64,000 bases of DNA, from positions 5,146,001 to 5,210,000 of the forward strand of contig OZ176057.1 in NCBI GenBank assembly GCA_964247055.1, in the 5' to 3' direction. This DNA comes from Paragordius varius. Its lineage: Eukaryota > Animalia > Nematomorpha. Position numbers and translations under genes: made by a program. Numbering within the stretch: the first letter of the stretch is position 1; each line of letters begins with the position of its first letter. Under the pieces are notes generated by a model. The model was not told where the DNA came from and did no database searches. It worked only from the letters and a program-made list of their open reading frames with translations. Of the stretch, positions 38,271-50,375 are shown one piece after another.

Positions 38271-38953
38271 TCACACTCCATTATTTTTGGATATTGAGTA
38301 AAATTTGGATAAAATTTCAGATTCTTTAGCAGACATTGTTTGAAAGTCTTGATCGGTTTTGTGATCGTAACCCATTAAATGACATATTCCGTGCACCAAA
38401 ATAATCTAAATAGTGATATATACTGAATATATTAATATAGAGGAAAAATGCCATAATTAATAATTAGATAGGAAGATAATTCAATAAATTAATTAGTGTA
38501 TTTAAGCTTTTGGTAAAAAGAATTGGGATATTTTTTTAGTCCCTAATTAAATAAGTCATTTTTAATACCATACATTTAAATTGAAATGAAAGTTATCGGC
38601 ACTTTGTTCGGCAATATATTGAGGTGAAATAAATAAATCTCCCAGATCGTTTTCGTTTGCATCCTATTTTATATATGAAGATCTAAAACTTTAAAAAATG
38701 GAAAACTTAATATATCCGTTGGCGCGTCAACATTACGGTATTTTTTGTTGAGAAGTTGAATACGGTCATTATCTAAAAAAATTACAGAAAGATCTCTCTT
38801 CTCAATAGAAGCAGCTTTTCGTATGTTAAATATATTTTCAGTAATTAATTTCAAATTTAATTGAACAATTTTTTGAGCATTTTTAATAAATAAAGGCATG
38901 AGCCATGCTTCAATTCGATATCCAGGTGATATATGAATGAATTTTGCTAACAT
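38271..38953 (-). CDS. YBEY: Endoribonuclease YbeY (UPF0054), 3 exons
   Basis: Exons 38953-38690, 38663-38574, 38405-38271. Motifs MPLFIKN..., IQLLNKKYRNVDAPTDILSFPF, LGDLFIS, HGICHLMGYDH. Start may be 38953 or 38899. Confidence 0.9.
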
Positions 38954-39648
38954 ATAATTATGATTATTTTACTCTGCCATAACATTTTGTTATATTTTTC
39001 TACGCCAGAGCTCCAAGAATATGAACTATTTTATTTTTTTAAAATTAATTCCTCTTATTCTGTATTTGAAGAATATATAATATTTACAGTTTTATGGCAT
39101 CTACAGTCCGAACGGATAGATCTAAATCATGACAGAAGACAGTTGATATTAAAATCAATTTAGAATATAGTTATAAAATTGTAAACCAATTCGCAAGGTT
39201 ATTTTTTTAAAAAAAATATAATATACATCAATTTGTCTATTGAATTAGCTATTTAAAAAAATGGAGGTGAAGCAGTTTGCAGGCAATGGAAATAATTCAT
39301 ATTTTTAAATATATTATATATAATAGTTGTTCGCACTTTTAAGGGTATCCGATATATAAAATTTTAATAAAAATTATTAATATTTTTTAATAGTTATACT
39401 ATAAAATAAAATGATTTGTGTATAGCATTTTAAACAGGTTGGTCTCTTATTTATGCGGAGACGAGCTGCTTCGTACCCGAAGATCCCGAACTATTATTTC
39501 AAAATAAAACGAAATTAAATTCAGAAAATTACCGTCTTCCGTAATATTAGACCAAATTAATCTTGATTGCCTTTCACAACTAATTTCAGTTTTTTATGAA
39601 AACTAACATACCTCATATCTTTTTGTAATATTTATAATTTTTTACATC

Positions 39649-39811
39649 CTAGAATTTATGAATATTTTAAAACTTTGAGAAATGGAAAACCTAATATATC
39701 CGTAGGTGCGTCGATATGGTATTTTTTGATAAGAAGTTGAATACGGTTTTTATCTGCAAAAATGAGAATTAAATCCTTTTCATTAAAAAGCAGCTTTTTG
39801 TGTATAGCTTT
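39649..39811 (-). pseudogene. YBEY: Degenerate partial duplicate of YBEY exon 1 3' half plus its mini-intron
   Basis: Translates ...DLILIFADKNRIQLLIKKYHIDAPTDILGFPFLK|gtttta; similarity ends just after the next acceptor; no HxxxHxxGYDH exon of its own. Confidence 0.7.
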
Positions 39812-40769
39812 CTAAAATTAACAATTTTTATGCATTTAACACTTTGATTCAAATTGAAGTATCTAAATACCCCAGACTAAATAAAAATTAGGAATTTTAA
39901 AAAACTACTGAAGGAAACGGTCTCAATTTTAATTTATGCTTCTATCCTAATAAAAGTAATATAAATATGCCAAAATATGTAAATAAAATTTTGTTTTGAA
40001 AAAATAGTTCCATGTCAAACTATAGCCATTTTTATTTTACAAATTTTTCGCAAATTATCGTGTTCATTTAATTATAAGGATAAAATTAAAGCTAATTTTT
40101 AATTTAAATTACATCTAACATTGATAGAAACAGAAAAAGCGGTTTATATTGTATTATTTTTCAATTTTACCATTGCACACATGTCACGTTGACTAAATTT
40201 TTACCTTTAGAATTCAGCTTAAAATAAGTAATATCAAGTATTTTTAAATAAATTTTTTTAATATTTCGGTTTATCAATGCTATATAATTGCAAAATTTTG
40301 CAATGGTTTCGATTCCTTCCATATTTTTTAAAAAATGTAATTTAAAAAGGTCTGGGGTATTTAAATACCTCAATTTGAATCGAAGGACTATGAATGTGTT
40401 GTATCCAAGTGTTGCTAACATATTATAAATTTTATTTAAATTATAATTTTTTGGGATATTTCTGACCCAGAGCTCAAAGTAGTAACGCAATATTTTTTAA
40501 ATCTCTTTTTATTTATGTACACTGTGTCCGAAATAGGCGGTATATAAAATAACCTGATAATTAAATATATTCTGATGGGAAAATGTATCAGGATTATATG
40601 GTCGTTTAGAAGTGATTTAAAAATGTTATCCACACTTTTGTAGCAAGTACGCTTTATCGGAAAATAGCATTATTTGGGCATTTTTTTGGTGAAAGCCCCA
40701 GACGTTTTACTCTATAAAATATAATTATTCTATTACATATAAATAGCTAAACAATATCAAAAATTTTAA

Positions 40770-41320
40770 TTTTTCAATATATCCTCCGATAGTCCTATTT
40801 TTTTTTGTTTTAAGATGGGCTAGTCCTCTTAAACAAAACCCAAAGCCGGGATTGCTAGATAAAAAATTTTAATATATGCTAAATTTTATATCAAGTAAAA
40901 ATATTTAAAGTACATTTTTCAAAAATCTAACATCAAAATTTTCTTGATTTTCATTTTATCATGAGTCATAATTAAAGCTTTTTTAAAACATTTAAAATAT
41001 TATCAAAACACTTTTTCTATATAATTTGATGATGCTTAACATTTCTGTCGCTTCAAAATTTTAATTTTATTGTTCGTTTGCCTAAATTTATTGGGATTAT
41101 CAAGACCGACTCTTTTAATCAACATTCTGACGTATGATTTCCATCAAAATATTTGATATACGCTTGAACAAAATTTTGAATTTTTTTTTAAATATACATA
41201 TTTTTAGATATTTTAAGTTGAATCGTGCAGTCCCGGATTTTTTGAGGTTATTTTAAGACAACTAGCCTATTTTTAAAAAACGAAAAAATTTGGGACTATC
41301 GGAGCATACATCTAAATATT
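40770..41320. mobile_element. Imperfect inverted-repeat element
   Basis: CTCCGATAGTCC...CCGGGATTG versus CAGTCCCGG...GGGACTATCGGAG. Confidence 0.6.
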
Positions 41321-41529
41321 ATTTTTTTAGAAAATTGTTTTAAAATTAATCAATTTATTCTTGTAGCGCGAAAGTCTTTAAAGAGTATTGTGGATTGCAA
41401 ACTAATTCCCAACCTGCAGGTTTGTCCACAACATAATATAATTATGTATAAATATATGACAGTTATATCAATAAATGCTAAAAAGCGTAAGCTTATCGCA
41501 CCGAAGGTAAAGCTGGACTTGCCCCCTTA

Positions 41530-41640
41530 TGCGACCGCTATCAAAGAGAAAAACCGTAAATTACTCGTTGAGGAAGACAAAATATTGAAGAGGTGGAAAG
41601 AATATTTCCAAGACCTTAAAATGGGTGGCGAAACGATACG
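41530..41640 (+). mobile_element. Short LINE ORF2 fragment
   Basis: KEKNRKLLVEEDKILKRWKEYFQDL is the typical linker motif between endonuclease and RT. Confidence 0.55.
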
Positions 41641-42009
41641 AAACACCAAGCTAGGTATCTGCGCATATTGAAAGTGTACAAGACAAAGTCGTGTTTGTTT
41701 AGAAGAGATGTCTATAAATAAGCTGCAGGCCCAGACAATATTAAAACTTGGATACAACGCATTCATTTCAGTCCTTCGATTCAAATTGGGGTAGTTGGAT
41801 ATCCCAGATTTATTTAAAATTAAATTCAAAAAATATAATATAACATTAATAAACCATAAAATATAAAAAAATTTATTCAAAAATACTTGATATGACTTAT
41901 TTTATGCTAACACCCAAAGGTAAAAATTTAGTCAATGTGGCATGTATGCAATAGTAAAATTGAAAAATAATACAAAATAAACCACTTTTTCTATTTCTAT
42001 CAATATTAA

Positions 42010-43870
42010 GGGCCTGCTGAATAAAAGCTAGTATATACTAAAAACTAGGTTTTTTCCAGTATACTAGCTATGTATTGAATAAAAAATATATTGCTTTTAC
42101 TATCCAGTACGTACTATGTTTACCAGTATTTACTGACAAATATCATTGAATAAAAATTGTTTTACAAATTTTACCCAGTACTTACTGGTTTTTTTAAGCT
42201 GGTAAATGGCAACATTTTAAACTATTATTTTTTCACTTAAAATAATACGGTTATATTTTTATAAAATTTCTAAGATAAATGTCTTTTTAAATTACATGAT
42301 TCAGATATATATATATATATATATGTATATAAACTTATTAATATATTAATTAAATATTATTTGTTTTATTATTAGAAATAATTTTTTTCCATCTCTATTT
42401 TAAGCTTTGTGAGTTCAATTTGCAGAGATTAATACTTTTGTTAAAAAATATTGGTTTTTTTCAAGAATGTCCACAATCATCATTTTCTTCGATTATTTCA
42501 TTTTTGTGTAAAATATTTGATTTTATATACTTTATAATGACCTTAATTTTATTTTTTAAACATTTAAATTTTATATATTTGAGTGAATATTTTTGAATGA
42601 AGCTATTTTCTATATAAAAAACCACCGATTTATTCAAATTCGAGTTATGACTAAGATAAAATGACCTTTTCATATTTTGGTTAAAAATTAAATATATCTT
42701 TAAGGAAACTAACTCCCAGGATGCAAATGTAGGTATTTATAATATCATAAATCTAGATTTTGTGTTAAGATTTCTTGGAGATCCGGGATATCAAGCGTGT
42801 ATAGGACATGATTTTAATGTTTATAGTTCCACAATATGCAAAACTATACCTAAAGTTATGGACGAAATAGTATCAAAATCTTATTGGGTAAAAATTCCCA
42901 AGTCATTTGAAGAGCTTAATATGGCGAATAAATTATGGCTAGCAAAATATAAAATGCCAACTGCTATTGGTTGCAATGATTGTTCATACTTTGAAATATT
43001 AAGACCTAAAGAAAATGTTGAGGCCTATATAAATAGAAAGGGTCGATGTACCCTCAATGTACAATTCACATGTAATGCCAATGAAGAAATTACATCCGTG
43101 GATGCACAATGGCCAGGATCTGTACATGATTGAAGGATATGGCGAAACACGATTGGTCATATATGTGCAAACAAAATGATTTCTGTTTGTTAGGTGATAA
43201 TGGATATCCACTATCACCCTGGCTCCTAACCCCCTACAAAAATACGATGATCAAAAACGAGAAAAAATTCAATAAATTACATTGTTCTGAAAGAAACATT
43301 ATCGAGCGCGGGTTTTCGGTCAGATGACCCGATTTCCTATACTTTGTAACGAAATTCGTTTAAGTCTAGAACGAATCCCAAAACTTATATTAACATGTTC
43401 CATATTACATAATGTATCCTAATATATTAACGAACCCTTAACAGATTTTGATAGTAATTCATATTTTGATATTGAATATGTGGAGGATTGTGAAGCAAAT
43501 ATTGATCTAACCCAAATACTCAAGGCTGGCAAAATGAAACGAGATTCAATTGTTTAAACATAATTTTGATTTATTTTTTGTGTATTTAGGAATAAATGTG
43601 TATTAATAAATGCATTATTTAAAAATATGGGTAAATAATCGATATTTATTTTAAAGTTAGACTTTCTAATTTTCTTAATGAATTTTTCAAACGCATTTAT
43701 GAATGAAATCGAAAACTAACAAAAAACAAAATGAAAATAAACATTTTACACATACTAAAGACTTAGTACGTACATGATAGTAAGTACCTATTTTTATTCA
43801 ATGTTTTTTCAAACTAGATACTATCAAGCACTTACTACCCAGTAGGTGCTTGTTTTTATTCAGCAGGCCC
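42010..43870 (+). mobile_element. PIF/Harbinger transposon copy 1 (pseudogenised DDE_Tnp_4 transposase)
   Basis: TIR GGGCCTGCTGAATAAAA at both ends; TAA target-site duplication; ORF remnants IGCNDCS...INRKG...LNVQ..C...WPGSVHD*...LLGDNGYPL...ERNIIER. Confidence 0.93.
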
Positions 43871-44156
43871 TAAATGTAATTTAAATAAAAAATTACCCTT
43901 AATTATCCCCTTATAATTAAATTAAGACGATATTTTGCAAAAATTTTGTAAAATAAAAATGGAAGCAGTTCGACATCGAACTTTTAAACAAAATTTTATT
44001 TGGATATTTTGGCATATTTATATAATTTTGATAGAAGCATTTATTTAAATTGGGACCGTTTTCAGTAGTTTTGTAAAAATACCCCAATTTGAATCGAAGT
44101 GTTAACATAAACTGTTGGAAAATAATGTCAGTGAAAGGTATACAAACGGATATTAT

Positions 44157-46057
44157 GGGCCTGCTGAATAAAAGCTAGTATATACTAAAAACTAGGTTTT
44201 TTCCAGTATTTACTAGCTATGTATTGAATAAAAAAATATATTGCTTTTACTATCCAGTACGTACTATGTTTACCAGTATTTACTGACAAATATCATTGAA
44301 TAAAAATTGTCTTTTTACAAATTTTACCTAGTACTTACTGGTTTTTTTTAAGCTGGTAAATGGCAACATTTTAAACTACTATTTTTTCACTTAAAATAAT
44401 ATCGGTTATATTTTTATAAATTTCTAAGATAAATGTTTTTTTAAATTACATGATTCATATATATATATATATATATATAAACTTATTAATATATTAATTA
44501 AATATTATTAGTTTTATTATTAGTAATAATTTTTTTCCTTCTCTATTTTAAGCTTTGTGAGTTCAATTTGCAGAGAATAATACTTTTGTTAAAAAATATT
44601 GGTTTTTTTTTCAAGAATGTCCACAATATCATTTTCTTCTATTATTTCATTTTTGTGTAAAATATTTGAGTTTATACACTTTATAATGACCTTAATTTTA
44701 TTTTATAAACATTTAAATTTTATATATTTAAGTAAATATTTTTGAATGAAGCTATTTTCTATATAAAAAACCACCGATTTATTCAAATTTGAGTTATGAC
44801 TAAGATAAAATGACCTCTTCATATTTAGTATAGGTTAAAAATTATATATATCTTTAATTTAAAGTCTTTCATTTGGAGTATTTATATCATCCATAATGAT
44901 CGAGTTAATATGATATAATTTGTATTGATATTTGGTATATATTTTGTGAATTATGAATTTAACCCTCGAATTTATTATATAAAAACAATGAACAATTCAC
45001 ATGAAATGCCAATGAAGAAATTACATCCATGGATGCACAATGGCCAAGATCTGTACATGATTCAAGGATATGGCGAAACACGATTGTTCCGTCATATATG
45101 TGCAAACAAAATGATTTCTGTTTGTTAGGTGATAATGGATTTCCACTATCACCCTGGCTCCAAACCCCCTTAAAAAATACGATGATCGATAACGATAAAA
45201 AATTCAATAAATTACATTGTTCTGAAAAAAGCATTATCGAGCGGGTTTTCGGTCAGATGAAGGCCCGATTTCCCATACTCGGTAACAAAATTCGTATAAG
45301 TCTAAAACGAATACCAAAACTTATATTAACATGTTCCATATTACATAATGTCAAATATATTAACGAAGCTCTAACAGATTTTTATAATAATTCATATTTT
45401 GAGATTGAATATGTGGAGGATTGAGAAGCAAACATTGAAACCCAAATACTCATGTCTGGCAAAATAAAACGATAGATTCAATTGATCAAATATTATTTTG
45501 ATTTATTTTTTGTATATTTATGAATAGTTGCATTCGTACTCGGTAACAAAATTCGTATAAGTCTAAAACGAATACCAAAACTTATATTAACATGTTCCAT
45601 ATTACATAATGTCAAATATATTAACGAAGCTCTAACAGATTTTTATAATAATTCATATTTTGATATTGAATATGTGGAGGATTGAGAAGCAAACATTGGA
45701 ACCCAAATACTCATGTCTGGCAAAATAAAACGATAGATTCAATTGATCAAATATTATTTTGATTTATTTTTTGTATATTTATGAATAGTTGCATTATTTA
45801 AGAAAATGGGTAGATAATCGATATTTAATTTTCCAAAAGTTACTTTCTATTTTCATATGAATTTTTAAAACGCATTTTATGAATGAAATCGAAAACTAAC
45901 AAAAAAACAAAATGAAAATAAACATTTTACACATACTAAAGACTTAAGTACGTACATGATAGTAAGTACCTATTTTTATTCAATGTTTTTTCAAAAACTG
46001 GTACATACTATCAAGCACCTACTACCCAGTAGGTGCTTGTTTTTATTCAGCAGGCCC
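44157..46057 (+). mobile_element. PIF/Harbinger transposon copy 2 (internally deleted, with ~260-bp internal tandem duplication)
   Basis: Same TIR; TAT target-site duplication; WPRSVHDSRIW...LLGDNGFPL...IIERVFGQMKARF; 45276-45534 repeated at 45537-45793. Confidence 0.92.
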
Positions 46058-46809
46058 TATGATTAATGTAGTTACTAAGTATGATATTTTCCGAGAAGAA
46101 GATTTTCACTTCCCATTTTTAAGAATAAAGAAGATATATCGTAAGTAGGGTTGTGCATTTAACTGCTTTTTCAAAAAAGTCCGGTCGACCCAGTCAGACC
46201 ATGGTCATGATCACGGTCATTGCCACTTTTTACTTTAATTAATATCATGCGATATTGGATGAAAATAATGTTCGAGCGACACTTGCGTTACACTTATCAT
46301 GTTTTTTTCTCAAAAGTTTGTATTATACATTTTTTTAATATTTATTATTTACCAATATTTTCAATCAAATTTGATCAAGAATCTTGTTTTCGAATAAATT
46401 TGGCCACATGTTTGTGGCCTTCTAAATCTTGAAATACATAGCTTTTAATACTGGATATTTCAAATAAAATTTTACCTAGATTGTTTTAGACTTTCATTGT
46501 ATTGGTTCATATATATGGAATAAATTTATATTTTGCAAAGTGCTAAATTGATTGTTTTGTTTTTCGAACCAACTGGAGGTTCTTAAATGCCAATGGTATA
46601 ATCATAAATGCTTAACAATTTTATATTGTTATATAAGCATATTTAAATATATTTATAAAAAAAATATATTAAAAACATTCAAATCTTACTATCTTTCTTC
46701 CAAAAAAAATTTACTAACATTTTTCAAAAACAACTGTTTTTTTAAATGACCATAGACAAAAAATAAATAGTCACTGACCTGGATGACCCGGTCAATTACT
46801 TCAGCACAA

Positions 46810-47760
46810 CCCTGATTGTAACAGTTACAGAGGGATAAGGTTGATGTCGCATACAAGGAAGTTTGAGAAAATACATGAGAAACAAATAAAAAATGGTTAG
46901 TATAGTAATCAATTTGGTTTTATTCCGGGAAAGTTCACTATCTATCCGATTCACTAAAGAAATGAAAAAGAGTTGCGTAGTATTTTAATCGATATTGAAA
47001 GGCGTTTGACAGGATACCACGGAGTACTATATGGTAAAGTTTAAGACGAAAAAACGTTCCTTAAATTAACATAAAAATTCTAATAAACATGTACGGCTCT
47101 CACTATACCAAAATTAAAACACACCAAGGAAGGAAATGGATTGTAACTACGGTCTGGTTTAAAATTTAAAAAGAACCTAAAAAATTTGGTGGGAAAAAAC
47201 GAGAAATGGAATCAGAAGAAGGATATCTGTAATCAAAGGTCAGGACGAATGAAACTATTTAGAAGTGATTTTGACAGCAGGGTTCTTTAACGCAAGATAT
47301 TAATCCAAAAATTCGAAATAGTTGGGCTAATTAAAATAAGATCTCCAAGTTCTGTGCGATAATAATATTGATCTTATAGGATACGATTTACAGTGCTGTG
47401 GTATAGCCAACATAAATGTACAACTAAGAGACAGGGACACCAAAGAAATTATAAGAAAGGCACTTTGAAGTTATTGAAATTAGAATGCTAAGATTGATGT
47501 GCGGCGTAACGAGGAAAGACAAGGTTAGGAATATATACAATAGAGGGAGTATGGAATCAAACCGATAACCCAAAAGATAATGTTAAATTGTTTTAGATGG
47601 TTTGGACATGAGAAAGAAGAGATATATACATTGATAAAAAGATTGATGACTATATTGTAAAAGGTAAGAGGGCGCCCTAAAACTCGATGGATAGATACAG
47701 TTAAGAGGGACATTGCAACACTGAACCTAAAACGCGAAGATGCCATAGACAGGGTCCTAT
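46810..47760 (+). mobile_element. RTE-like LINE reverse transcriptase remnant
   Basis: FGFIPG, (F)IDIE(K)AFDRIPR, RWFGH, RGRPKTRWIDTVKRD motifs with frameshifts. Confidence 0.78.
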
Positions 47761-49865
47761 AGTAATGTTACCAGATAGGCTGTTTTTCGCAGTACAGTAC
47801 TGGATTTTCAGAAAAAATCGTATGTACTGCGGCCTTTTTTGTACTGCTTTTGGATATTGAAAACAATTATTTTTTTTATAAATATATATAAATAACTTTT
47901 TATTTATTCAAAAAAATATTATATTTTAAGTGCCCGTAAAGATAACCCCATAATTTGTAAAGAAATAGTTATTTTGCGGTAAAAACTAAGATTGGCCTAT
48001 TTCTAATTGGTTAATATTTTTTCTGCTCGAATTATACATAATATCAGTCTAACCGCTTAAGTTCGCGCTGCGAAACTAATCTCGGACTCCACCTAAAGAT
48101 TCAGGCTAATGGCCCTTTACTCAGGGCTTCCGCAAAAAGAGGGCCTTAAAATTAAAAAATAACAAAATTAATTCATGATATTTTGATGAATGTTTGATCA
48201 ATTTTATAAAGTTCATTTTTTGTTATATCCCGTAACTATTATTTCAAATATATTATATATGGCTGCGAAATAACCTTTTTTTTTTTCGTATTAAAAAATT
48301 AAGAGTTTTTACGTTTTTCATACTCATTAAGAGGGAGGTATGATATTTTTTAATTTTTTTCCTAAACTTTAATTTTTATTAGTTTTTTTATTTTTTTGCA
48401 TAAACGAATTTTTGTTGAGGCTTACTTCAAACTATTTTGAAATGATTGAAACGGTACGCTTTAAAATATAATAAAACTCTTATTTGAATAATTCGTTGAT
48501 ATTAAATATTATAGGTGGAGATTTTTAAATTAAAGGTTTGTTTTCTTGCGAATTTGGCTGAATTTTAGTCAAACTACACAATTTTTATTTAACATAAATT
48601 TGAAAGCGATCCAATATTTTAATCAAAATTCTGAGTGAAAAAAACGTTTAGCATTATCGTATATATAAATGGTATCCAACCGTTTGTATCATTACCATCA
48701 TGCTCAAAAAAGTATGTACGCTTCAACAAAATTTTTTTAAAAATTTATATTTAGTCGACTAAATTTAGCATATATTTAAAATTATTGTGCACAATGTAGG
48801 AAATTTGCATTTATTTTAGAAACAATTCATTTTAAAAGAGCCAAAAAATTTGGGACTTCCAGAGCCCACACCTAAAAATTACCAAAAGCACCATGATACT
48901 GGATATTTTTTGTGGAAACTGTGTAATATATTACATAGATGGTGTAAAACAGGGAAAGCATGTCTTGATTTTGTACTGAGTCAAAGTTCAAAATAACTGG
49001 TCACATTATCCTATAGCGAATCATATGGATATGACCGCGCGAATCACTGATATCATATAATGTAATAATAATTTCTGTAGTTTACAAGATATTTTAATGA
49101 TTTATAGAATGAAGCTGGAACTTTCACCAATGAAAATTTTTTAAAAAAATGCGCAAATTCATTTTCTGGTATAGAGCACTTGCCACAAATGATATATTTT
49201 AGTATCAGAATATATATATTCTATCAGGTAATTTTTCGTGGATGCTGTGTTAGAAAAATAAAACTTATATTTTTTACACTTTTTTAACTTCTACAATATG
49301 GAATTCTAGCTCCATGATAAAAGCCAACATTTAATAATATCTTCCAAGTAAATAATTATTTATAATTCAAAAAATATAAATTTAAACTACGTTTAAAATC
49401 GAGGGGTATAAGATATAAATTTTTACTGATAAGAAAGTGTCATTTTAGCTGTAACGCTATTGCTCAAAAAGCTAGGTATAAATAAATTCATACCACAATT
49501 AAAGAATAATTGATAAGAATTTAAAAAGATGGATGTGATGCAACCGATTAATAGGTGTATCAGCTTAAACAAATTTATTAAAATTATTTATCATTTTATA
49601 ACAAATCCATATGAATGTAAAATAACCCAGAAACCCATTAATATTATATTTATAAAAAGCATCTCAAAATTCATCTTTTATTTGCAGTCTTTTCGGAAGT
49701 CGAAAGGCTTGATGTTCCCAACTCAAAACCTTGCCAATCCTACACTTTTGAGTACCGCTTATCTGAATTAAAGGCGTATTTTTAACCTAAAAAATATGCA
49801 CAATGTTAAGCAATGTCCAGATTGCATTGAAAAGAATTTTTTTATAAAAATGAATATATTTTAAC

Positions 49866-50333
49866 CGCATAATTCTTAGAATCAATATTTAGCAAATCTT
49901 TTTGGATAGTGGCCTGCTCAAATATAATATCAATGTTTTCGCTTATCACTGGCAGAAATACATTTGGATCTTTTTCGATATCTTCCCTAATAGATCACAA
50001 CATAATTTAGGTTATAAGACGAAAATAAATATTTGAATGAAACTAAATACTTGCAGGAATCGTAATCCATGATGTTTTTATATAACATCTCCAAATTCTA
50101 AATAAGGTAATAATAAAATTAGGATATACACTTAGTTTGTGACCGCTTTTATAAAGACATTAGTCAATATAATTAATCATATTATGAAATAATTGATTAT
50201 TTTAAACTTAAATTTGAGGCAAAATTGTAAAATCGATCGATTTCAAAATCATCGGCTGTTAAAAAGGATATAAGCTTATTTGAGATTAAGACCGGATTTT
50301 AAACCGGTAATCTGGTATTTAACAATAAGTTAA

Positions 50334-50375
<42 letters not shown>

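Noticed and set aside
38271-38953. YBEY as a recent bacterial horizontal transfer or contamination
   Set aside because: It has spliceosomal-type introns, host-like AT content and the N-terminus of eukaryotic YBEY.
42461-42673. ORF as the Myb/SANT partner gene of the Harbinger element
   Set aside because: No recognisable Trp-repeat Myb/SANT pattern; composition resembles AT-rich noise.
49108-49168. Plus-strand candidate exon NEAGTFTNENFLKKCANSFSG
   Set aside because: Isolated, with no partner exons or homology I can recognise.
49490-49786. Terminal exons of the micro-exon gene (possible TM or GPI tail)
   Set aside because: Several incompatible splice readings (stop after VKNTP...KDEF, or hydrophobic tails in two frames); cannot choose without transcripts.
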